Positions 60,624 to 64,000 of a DNA stretch of 64,000 nt are shown here, piece after piece (position 1 is the first letter of the stretch; each line of letters opens with the position of its first letter). The notes under the pieces are model-generated. The model saw only the letters and a list, made by a program, of their open reading frames with translations. It was not told the DNA's origin and searched no databases. The DNA is from Phaeosaccion multiseriatum (Eukaryota; Protista; Ochrophyta, other classes), in assembly GCA_965112735.1 (NCBI GenBank), contig OZ218950.1:2914001-2978000 (forward strand). Direction: 5' to 3'. Both the position numbers and the translations under genes were made by a program.

Positions 60624-61555
60624 ATGCTGCGGGTACTGATCTCGCTCCTCCTTGTGACACAGCTTGCATCAGCAGCACAAGTCTCCGAGCCCGTGCTGCA
60701 GCCCATCCTGGCCTACTTAGGTGCCAAGGGGGGGCTCGCTATCGCGACCTCTCAAGATGTAAGTAGCGGAGGAGGAGAAAGTGAAGAAAGGAGATCTGTG
60801 AGCATCGAAGAGCTTCCCATCTACTCTTCTGCAACGGGCGGCGATGACCAGGTCAACTTTTTCGACGTGGCCCGCGATAGTAGCACGAACACTCTTTACT
60901 TCAGCTCCCTTTCGGCAGTGCATCGGCTAGACGACACTCCTGTCAGCGGTGGCACGGAGTCCGAACCGCTGAAAGTAATGGCCGGATGGGTAACAGTTAC
61001 AGTCACTGGACACAACTTTGGGTCCTCCATTGCAGAAGTCGTGGAGCTGAGTGTCCATGGTGTGTCTTGCTCCACCCTGACGCACTTGAGCCCCACCGAG
61101 CTGCGCTGCGAGTACGCGGATGAAGCAGTCGTATGGGACGCATCGTCGATTGCTGGCGGTAAGGGAAGAAGAGAGGGGATGGTGAAGAGTGCAGAGCGCG
61201 CTAGAACCATTCCAAGTTGGGATGCCAGTATTCATAACCCCACGCCTGCACTTCTAACCCTGGCCCACTCACCCAAAACCCAACACTGCGCCCTATTGCG
61301 ACATTGCCAGCCGATGTGGTGGTGCAGACGGTCAAGGGGGGACGCAGCAAGGGAGCGCACGTGGGAGACTTCGTCGAGGCTCGGCTTGCGGATGGAACGC
61401 TGCAGCCCTTTGTCCTGGAAGCTCACGTCAGCGTGAGGGAAGAAAGGCCGAGAGGTTGGACGGTCCTAGGCCATTGTCATCCAGACACTCTGCTCACCTA
61501 TCTTGCCCTAGCCTTTTGTTTGTTATTGGCGTATCCTCCTCATATTTTCTCTTTC

Positions 61556-61614
<59 letters not shown>

Positions 61615-62913
61615 TTGTGTGTGTGGATACAGCGGTGGTGGTCGACAGTGGAAGCACCAGTAACAGCAGAGATAGCCCCGGCGGCGGCAAGCTGTACTGG
61701 AGTAACCTCGCTCAACGCTCCATCGAGCGCTGCAACTTGGACGGCTCCGAGCTGCAAATCGTGCTTGAAGGAGCCGGCCATGTCCACGGACTGGCCATCG
61801 ATGAAGCAGGGGAATGGCTCTACTTCACAAGCTCTGACGGTTACATTGGCAAGGTGAACACCGCCATGAGCGGCCAGATAGTATCCTCCTCCTCCTCCTC
61901 CTCCTCCTCCTCCTCCTCCTCCTCCTCCTCCTCCTCCACCTCCTCCTCCCCCCTAACAAGCACCTCACTGCGAGACGTCCTCTCGGCTGATGATGAGGAC
62001 TCGAAGTCCGTCCAAATCGTTGTGGACTACTGGGCGGAGAGTGCCGCTCTCGTGGGCAAGGGCAGGGGCGGAACCCTGATGGACGTGGTGCTAGAGGAGA
62101 GTAGAGGACTCCTGTACGCGTCGGACGCCGACGGGAGCATCTTTAAAGCGAGAATGGATGGAGCCGACATGCAGACCCACGCATTGGCGCCTCGTAAGCT
62201 GCTGGAGCGCCTCGTCAAGCTGCCTCGCAATCGGAGGCCGGACGGACTGGCCATCCTGCCCAGAGCAGCCGTCACTGCGGGAGTGAAGGACGACCCTACC
62301 GAGGTGAGGCAGGGGTTGGCAGGCGGGCGGGTAGGGCAGGCAGACGGGTAGACCAAGCGGGTAGGCGAGGGAGGCAGGCAGACGGCGGGTCTTGTCATTC
62401 GCGCGCGCTGTGGTGAACGGCCTCGCTCTTTTTCTCTGACTCCCTCTCTCTCTCTCTCTCTCTCTTGCTGCCCCCCTTGCTGCGGCCATCGACCGTGTAC
62501 CATGCGATCCTGCTCAGATGCGCTTGTTCTGGACGGAGGCGGGCGTTGAGCACTCCCTCAAGGCGTCGACCCTCTCCGGCACCAGCGTGCGCACTGTCCT
62601 CAGCACCGCCTCCACCTCGACCACCAACAATGCCCAGGTGGAGACGCCCCTGTGGCCGAGAGGAGCCACCTTGTCCCTGTCCAGCAGCAACGACGGAGAC
62701 GATGTGACCCTGTATTGGGTGGAGTACATGGGGAAAGTGAGCAAGCTGAATGTGGGGCAGGCGGCGGCTCTGTCGGAGAGCAGGCGGGGCGAGGCGGTGG
62801 AGGTGTTGGTGGAGGAGAGCGACGCGGCGGGGCGCATCTTGCGGGGCCGCATTGCCAAGGAGCGGAGAGGGGGGCACCAGGAGGCCTACTACGTGCTCGC
62901 TCAAACGTCTTGA
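60624..62913 (+). CDS. Secreted protein with an IPT/TIG domain and YWTD-type beta-propeller repeats
   Basis: Signal peptide MLRVLISLLLVTQLASA; VTVTGHNFG...VSC...TELRC (TIG); ERPRAVVVD...KLYWSNL..RSIERCNLDGS; HGLAID...WLYFT; LFWTE; LYWVE. Confidence 0.82.
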
Positions 62914-63231
62914 AGGCAGTGATCCAGTCATAAAGAGGTGAACACGAAATAAGAAAAATAGTTGATTAGACCCCTAATCCATGGCTGGCCCGCCCTTTGA
63001 CCATTCGGCCGTCAATAATCAATAATAAGCCCATTGTAGATTGTAGTCGACAATTCGACCAAAAAAAAAAAATGGGTAGTATGTAGGACGAAGGGCCCAA
63101 GAAAAGAATCAATACAGCCTGGAAAAATAAATATAATCATCAAATTGATTTATTAAATTAATCAATGGTCAGAGAACAGCGACAAGTCAAAGCGGCACAT
63201 GAATGGTCGTGGTACACAGCCTCCTGCAGGT

Positions 63232-63537
63232 CCGAGACGGCTCTTGTCTCACTGCACAGTCGATGTGACGCGGCCTGGCTGTGCTCCGATTAGATGGCCT
63301 CCTGCGTGGCGTCATCATCGCTGCTGTCGACGGACAGAGGAGTCTTGGACGAATGGGCTGTGGGCTTCTCATCTTCGTCGTGCTGCTCCTCATCGTCATC
63401 CTCGTTCTTCTCCTCCCGGTCTCTGCAAATGGAGGCCGAGACGGCTCTCGTCTCACTTGCACTGCAGGTCCGATGTCCCCCGACGCGGCCTGCCGATGTT
63501 CAGCTCATATGGCCTTTTACGTGGTGTCATCATCGCT
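63232..63537. repeat. Degenerate direct duplication (about 90-100 bp units) in probable decayed coding sequence
   Basis: ccgagacggctct(t/c)gtctcact...gtcatcatcgct at 63232-63322 and 63436-63537. Confidence 0.6.
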
Positions 63538-64000
63538 CTGCCCACCAAAGCTGATGAGCTCCTCGAACGCCGTAAGAGCCGGGGTAACTGCTGTCGCTCT
63601 CGCTGTCAGAAGACGGGGCGCTTATCGCTGCGTCGAGCTTTCAGCGCGAGGCTGGGCCATACACAGAAAGGCGGCGAGGGAGAGAGAGAGCAAGAGAGAG
63701 AAAAAACAAACAAACAGCACAACACTCAGCTCTTCGGTCCTTCTCCCATGGTTTTCTCCCCCTCTCTTCTCGTCGCTAGTCTCACTGTCTCTCTCTCTCT
63801 CTCCTCTCGCCACCTGTTCTGTGTCTCACCTCGCAGCCGCTGCCAACAGCTCCTTCCCCTTCTGACGACAAGGGCGAGGAGGGGCATACGGGTAGGCTCA
63901 TGTGCAGCGCCCTGCACTTGCCGATCGAAGTCGTCCACAAGATCAACAGAGTGGTCCCCCCCTCCATCGAGGGGGGGAGAGTTGATGAGTACGAAGTAGC

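Noticed and set aside
1-64000. Numerous antisense and alternate-frame ORFs; tRNA or rRNA genes; a metal/Fe-S gene cluster (CobW, oxygenase, ABC1K, aconitase, Rieske-like)
   Set aside because: Shadow ORFs reflect high GC and repeat content. No tRNA or rRNA signature was seen. The metal-related genes are interspersed with unrelated genes and target different compartments, so functional clustering is unsupported.

Overview
Gene-dense, intron- and microsatellite-rich eukaryotic nuclear DNA. It is most likely from a photosynthetic alga with a secondary red plastid (ochrophyte-like), inferred from bipartite signal-peptide plus Phe-start transit peptides on two genes. I spliced about 14 protein genes by eye: a kelch-repeat protein (partial), a CobW/COG0523 (ZNG1-type) metallochaperone, a HECT E3 ligase, a frameshifted 2OG-Fe(II) oxygenase, a giant coiled-coil/multi-C2 protein and its head-to-head paralog (both with an IQCE-like N-terminus), a small protein joining PEX19-like acidic motifs to a BAG6-like C-terminus, a 3xRRM protein, an ABC1K8/OSA1-like kinase, a PAPST1/SLC35B2 transporter, a small Lys-rich protein, mitochondrial aconitase, a Rieske-fold protein with Cys-only ligand motifs, and a secreted IPT/YWTD protein. 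Non-host DNA includes a decayed tyrosine-recombinase element that supplies the CobW stop codon, and a 12.7-19.3 kb accessory island. The island contains an inverted-repeat (MITE-like) element, two very long (CCCT)n tracts, two orphan genes, TCGA-flanked GC-rich foldback elements and a perfect 217-bp tandem duplication. A short cassette (CAGCAG-TTGGTGATA-CAGCAG) recurs inside coding sequence in different reading frames. Family assignments come from motifs recognised from memory, not database searches, and exon boundaries were read manually.
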